Source: Amoebidium appalachense
Taxonomy: Eukaryota > Protista > Ichthyosporea
Assembly: GCA_963693365.1 (NCBI GenBank)
Contig: CAVNZM010000004.1
Span: forward strand, 9,762,468 to 9,826,467
Direction of reading: 5' to 3'
Length of the DNA stretch: 64,000 bases
Shown: positions 26,263-51,606 of the stretch, in pieces
Layout: every line of letters begins with the position of its first letter
Numbering within the stretch: position 1 is the first letter of the stretch
Made by a program: the position numbers and the translations under genes
Notes under the pieces: model-generated
The model's database searches: none
What the model was told of the DNA's origin: nothing
Seen by the model: the letters and a program-made list of their open reading frames with translations, nothing else

Positions 26263-26652
26263 CACACACAACACACGTGCACATGTTCACTCACACATCC
26301 GCACACACCTGCACACACACATACACACACAAAACACACATATACACGCACGTACACGTACACACACACGCCCCCCTCCGCACGGGTGGTGGGGGGTGGG
26401 AGTGAGGTTTTGGTAAGGATATGAGAACGAGGTTGTGGTAAGCCTGTAAAGTGATGTGTGAAGCTGTATGTAAGTGTTGTCAACGATCTCTGATCCCTGT
26501 GGGATCACAGCATGAACCGAGCTCATAAAGCAATCGAAAGCAACCATACATTTAAATGATGTTTCCCGATCGTACAACCATGACCTCGAACCATTCAAAT
26601 TTGAATCATGATCAGCCTATCCCAGCTGGGTCTGGGAAAAAAGTGTGTGTGT

Positions 26653-26707
<55 letters not shown>

Positions 26708-27913
26708 GGGGGGAGAGGCTAGGGGCAGGGGGTTGGCCGCGGTGGTGAAAGAGGGGGGGGGAGGGGGGGGGGAGGGGGTTGGTGCTGCAGCTGAAAGGGG
26801 GAAAGAGAGAATTAGCTGAGAGGGAGCAAGCCTTGGGAGGAAGAGAGGGACTCCGAGGGAGAGAGGGGGGGGGGGGGGGGGGGGGGGAGCAAGAGAGGGG
26901 GGAGGGGGGAGGGGGTTGGGGAGCAATACTTTAATCATAGAAGAGGATTTGAATCTGTTCTCGTGTCTGTGTGCGTGTGTACGTGTGTGCGTGTGTGTCC
27001 GAAGGGGGAGGGGAGGGCGCGGCAACGCGTTATCACTATCATGAGACTAAAAAAAAAAAAAATTGTTTGTGAGCAGCGCCTTCTCTCCAGGAAGAACAGC
27101 TGTGGGGGGCAGGCGGGGAATGCATTCACAGTAGACTGAAGGTACCTGTAAGGCCACGGACCCATGCATATCTAATAGGTTAAAAAGAGAAATTTATTGC
27201 TTTATTCAGTCCATTCAATCAGCAGTGGCTGGTCAAATAAGTTAGAAAATAATAATTACTATAAATGGCAAGACAGGGCAAAAATGACCAACCATTCAAG
27301 AAGCAGAAGAAATACATCCGTAGACTAACTAAAGCTACAAATACTCCAGTCAAGACTACACTAAAAAGATTAATGGGTGACCTTAAATATGTACACGTTA
27401 GCCCGGGAAGACTAATTTATCAGCAAGCCGTACACTCCTATCCAATACATGTGCAGTTTTGCAGTTTTGTTCGCAAACCTTATATCCTGCTCAGAACTGC
27501 AACTCCACAACAGTATCCCAATGTCAGACGTGTGCATCCCCCCCCCCCCCCCCCCCCCCCCTCTCAAAAAAAAGGTTCAAAACAACGGTTTGTTTTCTCC
27601 GACTAGATATTGGTACAAAAGCACATTCCGTTCTCGGTACCCCCCTTCCTTTCCCCCCCTTCCCCCTCCCCCCCCCCCCCTCCCCCTCCCCCAAACACCC
27701 ACACCCACACATCTACATTCACCCACTCACCCATCCGCGCACCCACACACACACACACCACCACCACCAACAAAAAAATTTAACCAGAATAAAGGAAACT
27801 ATAAAACCATCACCGCCACCACTACGGCCACCACCACACACCATACCCAACTAAAACCAAAAACCAAAAACTCAATAATCCAGAACTTCTCTACCAGCTG
27901 AACCCTATATCGT

Positions 27914-39802
<11,889 letters not shown>

Positions 39803-40213
39803 CTGGTATGGTGGTACTGTATTTTTTTCGTAGTGGTAGTGAGGGGGGAAGGGGAGGGGGGGACAAACAAAAGTCAGAAGCTTGCAATTGGACAGTCTGG
39901 GCGCGGAGGCAGGGTGGGCGTGGGGAGAGGGGGAATATTGATTGCCCACGGTGTGTGTGGGGGGGAGTTGATCCTCGGTTAGAAGACAGAAACTACGAAG
40001 AAGGTGTTTAAGCAGCAAAATAAGGCTGGTGAAAGAATAAACAGGTTCAAAATTTATGGAACTGCTTGTCCAACTACAGGAAAACTGGTGGAAAGACAGC
40101 CAAAGGCGACATTGGCGGCCATAAAGCAGAGGTAAAAGTGTGTGAGTTTGTGTGTGTGTGCGTTCGTGAGAGTGTGAGTGCCTGCGTGTGCGCCTGCCCG
40201 CCTGTGTGCACGG

Positions 40214-40265
<52 letters not shown>

Positions 40266-40305
40266 AGTGTGTGTGTGTGTGCGTGTGTGTGCATGCGTGC
40301 GTGCA

Positions 40306-40352
<47 letters not shown>

Positions 40353-40391
40353 ACGTATGTGCGTGCGTGCGTGCGTGTGTGTGTGCGTGCG

Positions 40392-40465
<74 letters not shown>

Positions 40466-40496
40466 CTTGTATGTGACACGGAAGGTAAAAAGGTGT

Positions 40497-40529
<33 letters not shown>

Positions 40530-41004
40530 AGAGATAGAGGGGGCTATGAAGTGTAGTTCCTTTTGCTGCTAATAAATCTAAAATAGATCGTGTCTGTACA
40601 CACGTGCTGGTTTGCATCTTCACATGCACAGACAGGCTGAGGGTGAAGTACAACACACACTGGCACGTGCCACATGCACACCGCTGTTAAAACCTGTGCG
40701 CTCGTGCCAATCAGTCACAACACACAGCTGCCAATCAAGGGAAAAAGCAGACGGGGAACGCGCACGTGCAAGATAAGTGGCACAGATGGGCACATCCGTT
40801 CAACCACGACCATAAGCACTTTTTCCAGTGTCCATTCCATACGCTTCAGACAGGACATGCACCACCGTAACTACCAACCTATTTACACCTGCTCTTGTGA
40901 AAATCCCCCAAAAACAGCAAAAGCATAAACATGCACAACCACAAACACAACACGCACACGTATATACACTGCCCACACACACGGACAGACACACACGCAC
41001 ACAC

Positions 41005-41129
<125 letters not shown>

Positions 41130-41517
41130 GTACACACAGACATACCTTGCTCCATCTTCGCTGGCTATCTGCGGAGCACCCTCCCAGTTCCGCCCACACC
41201 TTTATTACAGTCCTCTAGCCTCTTTTTCTTTCTTAGTTCCTCGGAAGGCTCGAACTGAGGTCACGTGACTTTTATCTAGGTCCAGTCACCAATCAGATCG
41301 ACAAATATCTCAGATCTATTCGGCTCATGAATCGTGATTAAGGGGAGCGACTCCCATCTTCTCCCCGCGGGCCCATCTTTGTGCCAACACGCTCACCAAC
41401 ACAGGTACACATGTGAGTCAGTCTGCACTCCGGCATTAAAGTAAGCCACTCTCTATGTACACAGAAACACACACACACATTACTCAGTGACACACACACA
41501 CATTTACACACACGTAC

Positions 41518-41570
<53 letters not shown>

Positions 41571-42000
41571 CACGCGCGCGTGCGCGCGCACACACACACA
41601 CACATACACACACACACCACAGCGTCCCCGACATCGTCCCGCAGCACCACCCTGTCAAGTGCTAACAGGGAAGCTTTATGCCGAAATCTGGGGCCGGGGG
41701 GGCGGCGCAGGGGCGGGCTGTATTTTCTCCACCCTCCCTTATCTGTAGCACATACCGTAACGCAAGACGGCGTGCATGCACACATCGTCAAACACACACG
41801 CAGGCACACGAGCACACACATGTCGACGAGACACACGTGTACACACGTCTGCGCGAGCAAAAGGCACCTACACAGGTAGAGACTGGTTAGACACAATCAC
41901 GCGTGGCACCTCTTGCACACGACTGTCATGACCACATGAACACCTTGGCACCGTGACACACACATGTGTGTGCGCACACACACACACACAAACACACACA

Positions 42001-42157
<157 letters not shown>

Positions 42158-42672
42158 CGTGACACGTGGCATTGTGAAATCGTGTACATTGCTGCATTCG
42201 TCCAGCAACACAATTCCATATGCAAACATGCAGGAAGGTCTACTGTAATACCATTCGGAAAGCACACACACAGAAAGCACACACACACAATAACATTGGA
42301 ACACAATGTGGTGTGATTGCGTCATATAGGGTAAAATACCATCAAATAGTAGCCAATAGGATACGAGCCTGGCGCTCCATATATAGATGAGGAATTCAAT
42401 GAGTGCGCCTACGTGTCCTGGACCGTACATCAGCCTGCGCTCTGTGCTGTGCAGAGAGCCGATAGTAAAGGGTTAGGGAAACGAGTGAGTTCCCGTTAAC
42501 CCCCAGTGTTGGTGTCGCGTTGCCTTTTCCCCTATAACTCCGTTCAAAGAACCCACTTCAACACACATATACACACAAGGGACACAACACACAACACACC
42601 CTTGTGTTTTCACACATAAATACACACACATACACACGAACACAGCGCCGGTGAGCACGAGTGCCACCAATA

Positions 42673-42764
42673 ATGAAATTTGGCCAAGCGCTGATCGTAC
42701 TACTAGCGATCGTTTTCCATGATTGTGCGTCAAGGGAACTCGGAGATGTTTGGCCATTGCGCCG
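42673..42764 (+). CDS. Possible first exon of a secreted protein (signal-peptide-like)
   Basis: ATG-MKFGQALIVLLAIVFHDCAS-RELGDVWPLR followed by donor CG|gtgggt; no downstream exons confidently identified. Confidence 0.3.
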
Positions 42765-42795
42765 GTGGGTCCCACCTGCAGTGGGGTGGTGGCCT

Positions 42796-42834
<39 letters not shown>

Positions 42835-42901
42835 ACCTCCCCCCCCCACCTCCCCCCCCCCCCCCCAGTGGCCCGCGCCCAACAGCCCCCCTCCCTGCCC
42901 C

Positions 42902-42933
<32 letters not shown>

Positions 42934-43426
42934 TTGCCCCTCAGATAGTTTGAGGGGTGGGGGGACCCACCCAGCCCACGATCAGGTGGGTCCCCCCGGG
43001 GGTACCGCCACGCTACGCCCCTAAATTTACTAGCCCCCCTCCCCCCCTTCCCCCCTGCCCCCTCCCCATCCCCCCCCCCCCCCCCCCAAAAAAAAATAAA
43101 TAAAATAAAATAAAATAAAATAAAAATAAAAAATAAAAAATAAAAAAATCCCCTTACAGTATAACAAGCCTGGGGTGGTTCACAAACACTGCGGCCATGC
43201 CACATTTCTAAGATTCTGGATGTCTGAACTTCTAATAAAGACTCTATAATTCATATAGACCTCCTGTACCATGTTACATCTAGGCTAATTCAAAATTTAA
43301 AGGCGGTGGTCCAACACAAAATACTATCCTTAACCTTCGGAAAAGGTCCAAAACACTCAGACAGGGCAATTATTGCGTGCTACCTTAATATTTTACAATT
43401 ACTAAGAATTGTAATAGACTGTGTTA

Positions 43427-43509
43427 TAGTTAAAGATGACCGTCGAAACATCCGATTCGGACCCTGTTTTAGTTAAAGATGACCGTCGAAAACTCCGATT
43501 CGGACCCTG
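43427..43509. repeat. Tandem duplication, two 40-bp units (period 43) with internal TCCGATTCGGA mini-palindrome
   Basis: tagttaaagatgaccgtcgaaa(ca/ac)tccgattcggaccctg twice. Confidence 0.9.
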
Positions 43510-43770
43510 AACAACCCACCTACCCTCTTTGCACATTATGACCTGACTAGAACTAATCATGTTTAGTAGCTAGCGGAAATAAGGAACGTCGGATTGCCTA
43601 TAAAGCAGAGAAACCCGCTCTCTGTTTAAATATTCTATCTGGACTCCCAAATGTGGACCTTATCCTGTCCCCCCTTCCACCACCATCTCCTCCAAATATG
43701 TAGATGCCCCCCTCCCCCCCACCCATCTCCTCCACGCGCACGTGTGTGTTTGTGTGTGTGACACAAGTTG

Positions 43771-43811
<41 letters not shown>

Positions 43812-46564
43812 TTGCGGTGTGTGTGGGTATGGGTGTGGGTTTGTGTGTGTGTGCGGTGTATGCGTGTGATGATGCGTGCATGTGTGCATGCGTGAGCGCG
43901 TGCGTGCGTTGCGCGTGTGTGCGTGCGTGCGAGTGCGCGTGCGTGCTTGGGTGGGTGTGCGCGTGCGTGCGTGTGTGCGCGTGCGCGTGCGTGCGTGTGA
44001 GCAAGCACGCTTGTGCTCATCCATGGCTGGCTCACGCTCTAACCTGTGCACGGTACAGCTACAGGGTGCCATTTACTTTAAGTCATAGTATCCTGCAACC
44101 CACCGCAGAGGCCTGCGTGGATGAATAGCAAAAAAAAGTTGGGGGGGGGGGGGGGGGGGGGGGTAGGGGGGTAGTAACGAATCTTTGACAGCCATATAAC
44201 CACTGCCACTGCCCTACTGCTCTCGAATTCACTGTACCTAGGCATTTTATCGTGGTGGTGTCCGCCATCACGACTGAGTTTAGAGTTTTTCACTGAGTAA
44301 TCATTTTTTAGTAGTCAAGTAAATAGAGTAAGTAGAATTTTTAGTAATCATGAGTCATAATTATTATCGTTCTATCAACAATCATCACTAATTGGAAGGC
44401 TAGCGCTTATGGAAAGTGGTCGCCGACTCAATGATGCGCATTCCCACTCAGTTTAAATTTAGGCGAGTGTTGGTGACTTAGGATTCTGAATCACGTTAAG
44501 GTCTATGTCGGCATTTTTTGGCTCAAAGTAAATATGACGTCTTTTTTAGGTTATTTTAACAGCACGGTATATAATTGGCTTTGCCTAGATAAGGTGCAAT
44601 TTCCTTTTAATAAAAGAATTTACATGATTCGCTATTTATAAACAAATCTTAGAGAAATGCCGTCATAAATGTCAAGAACATGTCCTCGACCCATTTTTTG
44701 GGATATCTGTCTCCCCCCCCCCCCCCCCTCCCCTTCCCCTCCTTCCCCTTCCCATCTCCCCCCCCCCCCCCCCATCGGCCCACCTGCGTCCGCGGCCCCT
44801 CACACCCAAATGTTAAGGTCTAATTCGGCATTACAGTAATTATGATAAGTATGTCAGAATGCTTACACTTTGCCATGACGTCGACGTCAGCATGTGAGCG
44901 CCATCCTGAGATATGCTGGCTTAGCCAGGACGGGTTACTTGCTCGATGTCGGAGGTTCTTGTGCTCCCTTAATATTAATACTACTGCGAATTATATTTTC
45001 ACAACGTAGCGCACAATTGCGCCCCAGAAAATTTGAACTTTCCACTGTTGCTAGTCGTCTCAAAGGTTGCTTCAGAAGTTAGCTATGTAGAAACCAATCG
45101 GATCAAAGACAATTATAACCATAGATGGCAGTACTAATTTTCAATCAGTGAAATTTTCTACCTTAAGGCTTTAAGAACACGACGAACGGCGTCCATGCCG
45201 CGAAAAGATATGTGGCGCTAGCAGCAGGGAACACTAGTCAGTACGGGAGCAGACTTGAACAACAAATATCTCTACAAATGTTAGGGTCACCTTAACACTT
45301 CGTTTGATGAACTTCGTGTTGCTCTCTCTGTGGTGAGCTCACTTGGAAGTTTCATCTTCAGCAGGACTGAGGCCAGGAGGTTTCATATTTGGTCGGGTCG
45401 GTCGGACGGCCCGGAATATTCGGGCCCATGCAAGCACGGCCATGTAGAAACACCTAGATGGCCGTGGGCCTGCCCAAGCCATCGGAATCGCGGACTCGCA
45501 CAAGTATTAGTATCCATATTTCAATGCCGGTACTATGGTGTTTGTGCGCGCTGGCAGCACCAACGCAAAGGTTGCTTTTTTTGGTGGTGGTGGTGGGCGG
45601 TTGGGGAGGGGAGAGGGGCTCGGGCAAAAGACTCTCTTTCGGTTCGGGCAGCCAGCCTTGATGATTTCTTAGACCGAAACAGGCCGCCGGCGCAGCCCGG
45701 CTTGACACCAGGAGGCCAGTAACGTTTGGGGGAAAGATGCTATATATGGAAGGTGCCGCAGATTATTGGGGTGCATGAGCCCAACTTGACAACTGGGCGG
45801 TCAAAAGCCAGCAAAAGCAATTTTTCCCGAACACATACACCAAGGTGGCCGGCGTGCGGAGGAAAAGGGCGGGAAACAGCGAGAGACATACAGCGAAACC
45901 AGCGTTTTGTGAATAGGCTGCTCGTATAGCCAGCGACAACAATAACGGTTGGTGTCTTTGAATGCATGTTTGACGGCGTCTTTGTAAAAGCCTCACTCCT
46001 GAATTACTCTGCTGTTGGTGCACACAAGTGTGTGGGTGTGTTTGTAGGTGGATGTAATCGAGAAGCCGGAGGGGCTTACATGTATCATTGTGTCTCTCTG
46101 TGCGTGTGGAGGGCCGGAAGGCTTAAGCCTTCCCTATACAACTTCCCTCCTCTTCTCGCCACCCCTTTCTCCCTCCTCCGCCTGGGCCCCCTCTACCCAA
46201 CCGCTCTTTCTGCCCACTCCCCCCCCCCCCCCCCCCCTACCCCCCCTCCCCCCCCCCCCCCGCCCGCTCCCCTTCACCGCTCTCCCCCATACCCCCTTCC
46301 CTCCCTCAAGTCTCTGCCCTCCTCCTCCCCCCCCCCTTTCCCCCTCCCCGTGCTGCCTTCCCCACTCAACCTCACCTCGCCCCCTTCGATTCCTAGTAGC
46401 ACTTCTATTCACCAACTTTTTTGTTTATTCGAGTGGATGAGATGTGTGTGGGTGAGCGAAGGACGGGGTTGTGTTGGACTGGAAGAAGAGAATGGCTTCT
46501 GTAGCAAGGTTGACGAAAAAAACTGGAAGCAGGCACTGATGGAGATTGATGGATCGTACTAAAC

Positions 46565-46656
46565 GGGTTAGTGTTAAGCGTGGTGTGTGTGGGTCCGTGT
46601 CTGTGGTGTATGGGGTTAGTGTTAAGCGTGGTGTGTGTGGGTCCGTGTCTGTGGTG
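46565..46656. repeat. Tandem duplication, period 48 bp, two copies
   Basis: gggttagtgttaagcgtggtgtgtgtgggtccgtgtctgtggtg twice. Confidence 0.9.
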
Positions 46657-47286
46657 CATCTGTGGTGGACGAAGCAAATGGGAGAGTTGGAGGGAAGTTC
46701 GGACGGTGCGGATGTGGTCAACTTGAAGGGGCAAAAAGGGGGAGCTGGGTGGCGAGGGATCCTCTAGCTAGGGGTTTGCTGTTACATGATAACATAGGTT
46801 GTGGTGGCGGTGTGCACACTGCCAAACAAGCAACTGCATCTTCGGCAGATTATCCAAACATGTTGTTCCAGATTAAAAACTGACTTTTCCTCTGTAGGCA
46901 CACCTCACGTTGTCCAGTTGTTATGACTAGCCAAGCATAGGAGCCACTCTTTACGACAGGTAGGTTTTTCCTCACTAGTTCCCCTTCCTCCTTGTCTTCC
47001 TCTCCCTCTTTCCACCATTACCACCACCAAGATGCTTCTAGTGCATTGTTGTTGACCAACATCAACATGCTCTACCTTGCCTGGTGAGTTTTATGCTTGC
47101 TGTATGTTTGGTAGAAAAGAGCCGAGGAGTGAAGGAATATCTGTTTTAGGGACAGGGAATGAGCCTGAAGTAAGGAAGAGAAGTGTTAAGCTGGGTGCGG
47201 ATCAACGGGTGGGGTGGTTGAGGGGTGCAAGGTATCTGTTGTGGATATGTATGGTGACTGTGTGGTGCATCCCCCCCCCTCCCCCC

Positions 47287-47317
<31 letters not shown>

Positions 47318-47771
47318 ATACACCACCACCACCACGACCAACATACACACACACATCACACACATACCATCCCCTATCTCTCGGGGGCCATGTTTGAGGT
47401 TTGGGAGATTTTATTTCCTCCCTGTCTCAATGACCAGCCCCCCCCCCCCCCCCCCCCCCCCCCCCCGTTTTCCCCACATTCATCATATGTGGTGCATGGT
47501 GCTTGCTCTTATATCGATCTGTTCTCAGCACTACGTACTGCACTTACCCCCTTCCCTCCCCCCCCCTCCCCCCCCCCCTCTTCTTTGCTCATAACGAGCC
47601 TTTTCCGACTCTGTCTCGTCATCACTTTGGTATGCTTTTTAGTATTAATCCGTGTTTTCATGTTGTAGAATTGTGTTTGCCCCCATATCCCCCGCCGCTT
47701 AATCCCCCCCTCCCCCCTTCTTTTTAAAACACCCAGCTCCCCTTCCTCCCTTCCTCCCTCCCTCCCTCCCC

Positions 47772-47819
<48 letters not shown>

Positions 47820-47971
47820 CCCCCCCCAAACACACACACACACATCCTCCCCTTTTACCTATCACACCCAACCAACCAAGCACTACGAACAAACACATGT
47901 GCTGACCAATCCACACATTTACCAACACGCACACACACACACATGTACACAGTGAATCTCTCCCTGCGACC

Positions 47972-48524
47972 ATGAGATCCACAGTGTGGACGGTGGCCGT
48001 GGCCTTTTTGGCTCTGTCCGCCGCCACAGCCCAGCCGCCCGAAGATCGCCAAGAGCCCCCCCACACATATATCCCACCGGACGATGACACCCCCCACTCG
48101 AGTATTTCGAGCCACACACAACCACCCTCGATACCTCCAAGCATGGGGCAGCCACCCCCACACACTATGGGCATGCCACCACCTTCCTTTTCGGGACATC
48201 CTCCCCCGCCCAGAAGGGGGATGGGATTGGACGATAGGAACGATAGGATGAATAGGCAGAGGATGGGCAGGGGGCCGGGTGGCTTCGGGGGCCCACCCCC
48301 GACAGATCGGATGGAGAGGCCACAGCATATGCAGGTGGGTGATTGGCGGTGATGGAGGAGGGGGATTTGGGAGGGAAAGGGGAGGGGGGGGGGGGAGGGG
48401 GGGGGGGGGTTGAATGTGTCATAAAGCACGGAGCACGCGTTGATTAAGGAAGGCAAACATGTTGGTATGGTGCAGTCACAAGGAGGGTTGGGTGGGTGGG
48501 GGGTGGGTGGGTGGGTGGGCCTGA

Positions 48525-48565
<41 letters not shown>

Positions 48566-50024
48566 CCACATGACCGTCCATAGGCAAGTTAACAATTTAT
48601 TGGCGTGTGGTTTGGGATAAGCGCTTATCGTTTCTTTTACTTCTTGTGTGCCCCCCCTCCCCCCCCCCCCGCCCCTCCCCCCTTGCCAATGTTTGTGTGT
48701 GCCCTCCTTCCCCCCCCCTCCACCCCCCCCCCCCCCCCCCTCCTTTTGCAGATGTGTTGGTGTTTGTTTATTTGTTGAAGGTGTGCTTTTTTCCTTGCCT
48801 TTTTTTCGCGGGGGGGGGGGGGGGGGGGGGATCTGGTGGATTGGAAGTGCAAGGGGATCTGTAAGTAAGATATGGAGAAACACGATCTGAGGGAGGGAGT
48901 GGAATGGAAGGTTTGGGGAAAGTAACTGTAAGGTAGGATGAAATGAGCAAAATTTGAAGCTTGATCACGAGATCTGTGCTGGGTGTTACTGGGATGGTGT
49001 GTGTGTAGTTGCACTGAGAGGACACTATTCTATAAGATGATGTTTTTTCTGCTAAATATTATCCCAACTCCCCCCAATTGCTCCCCCCCCCAACCCCACC
49101 CCAACCCAGCCCCCCACCCCAACTCTCCCCCATGCCTTTCCCAAAATGACCACACACATAAGCTCATGGACACACACACCCGCGTGTGCATGCACATACG
49201 ATCCACCACCCACTCTCTTTATACCCAACATGCCACGTCTCCACACCTACACCTACACGTGCACTTCCAGCCTCCCCAGCAGGCACGTCTCCCCGAAGCA
49301 GAGCAAGACGACACAGTCGGAAGGATGTTTCAGGGAGAAGAGGGACACAGTGACAAACCCGACGAATTCCACCCCCCTCCACCCCAACCACCCCCGCAAA
49401 CCGAAACACATGAAGACACACCACCACCGCCTACGCCTACGCCACCCAAAGAGATGAATTTGGAGGAGGCACATGCACACTCACACGGAGAGGGAGATGG
49501 TGACCACGGGCATACGCACGGGGGGCACGCACACGCACACGATGGCGACGAACACGGACACACACACAGTCACGGAGGAGGCCACGGACACACGCACGGA
49601 GGGGGGCCAAGGTAGTTTCGGAGCCAGGCATGATGCTGCAGATAGTGGACCAGGTGGTGGTGGCCATGGGCAGGGCAGGAGATATCGTGGCACAGGACCC
49701 AATGCAGGTAGCGCATGCTTGTGCATCCCCCCCCCCCCCCCCCCCCCCCTTCCCCCCCGCTGTCTCCTGTGCAGAGTCACACATACGGATACACGCACAC
49801 TCACATGAACACATACACACAGGAACACATATACACGAACACGAACACACACACGCATGCGGACACACACATGCACATGCACACACGCACATGCACACGG
49901 ACAACGAAAACACGAAAACGAGTACAAACACGAACACGAAAACCAGCACCAACACATGTTAGCCTCGCCCGCACATATTTGTGTTGGTGTGTGATGGGGC
50001 GAGAGTTTGCTCTCTCTCTCTCTC

Positions 50025-50061
<37 letters not shown>

Positions 50062-50163
50062 CCACCACCACCACCACCACTCTTCCCCTCCCCCCCCCTT
50101 CGCTCTCTATCTCTGCCCTCCCCCCTTCCTCCCGCTTGCTCTCTTTCTGGTCTCCTTCTCTCC

Positions 50164-50195
<32 letters not shown>

Positions 50196-50866
50196 CCCCA
50201 CCCTCCCTTTCCCGTCTCTCTCTCGCACGTGTGTGTGCGCGCGCGCGCGTGTGTGTGTGTGTGTGTTTGTGTGTGTGCCTCCCTCCTCCCCCTTTTCGTT
50301 CTTAACGGTCCCCCTCCCTTCTCTTTTCACCCCTCTCCCTATCCCTCCCTCCCTCTCCACCCCCCTCCGTTTCTCTCTGTATCTCCCCCCCCCCCCCCCC
50401 CCCCCCCCCCCGTTTCCCCAACCCAGCGTTTCTCCCTCGTTAGAAATTCCCCTTTCATCCATACCACCCGCGCACATACCTGCGCATCCATCGAACCCTA
50501 CCGGTATATTCCACCTGAATCCCCTCCTTCCTGCCCTTTTCCTGACTCGTGTTCCCGAATTTTTCGGCTTCTTTTCTTGTTGTGCTTTCCAAAGTTCTAT
50601 CTCTCCCTTAAGCCCCCCCCCCCCCGGGTTGACCCGCCCAAGCTCAGTTGATGCTGCTGTCTGAGTTGGAGTGTCGTATATACGCGGGCTAAGGGGTCGA
50701 AACTCAGACGCAATTGATGACTTGGGTCCTCCCTGAGGATGGGCTCTGCTTATGACGCATACTGTGCACATGGCTGATGTTGCATACTTGAATGTTTGCC
50801 TTTGCATGTGTCCTGCACCATGCTTCTCGTCGTGTATGCGTACTTTGTACCGTGTTCCGCATTCAA

Positions 50867-50913
<47 letters not shown>

Positions 50914-51064
50914 ACACAAAAAAAAAAAAATCATGGCTCTTTTTTTAAGCACCTGCACACATGCATACGTGTGCATATATTCCTTTGCTTCATAGCTTTG
51001 TTGTTATGTGTTTGCGTTGCTATTTCAGTTGTGCCGCGCTTGTCTGCTTAGGTGTGTTTGGAGG

Positions 51065-51096
<32 letters not shown>

Positions 51097-51565
51097 TCCG
51101 CTTGGGCTTTCGCCTCTTGCGTCTGTTCCCAATCGCAAGCTTCTGGGCTCTGTTGGATAAGGGTGGCCCTCCCAAGAGTCGTAATGCATAAACCTTTGTG
51201 TTTTCCGTTCTGCATATCTGCCTTACGGTGTCCGTTGTGATCCAGCCCTCCCCCCCCCCCTCCCCCCCTCCCACGCACACACACACACGCACGTACACAC
51301 ACACACACACACACACACCAACACTCCCCTGCAGGCAACACTGGAACTGTTTTTTGGCAAGTCCGAATGATTGCTTTTTTTTTTGTGGGGGGAGAGGGGG
51401 GAGGGGGGGGGGGGGGGGGGGCATTTGCCTGCTGTTGAGGATTGAGGTAGCATTTATGTTGTGATGTGCAGAGCCTGGGAGATCGATGCATGATCATGGG
51501 GCACTAAGAACCGACTTGCTCTTCCCCACCCTCTGTCCCACTACCCATACACACATGCGCTCGCG

Positions 51566-51606
<41 letters not shown>

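Noticed and set aside
43427-43509. Repeat with internal palindrome resembling a CRISPR repeat
   Set aside because: Only two units, a 3-bp gap, no spacers or cas genes, eukaryotic context.
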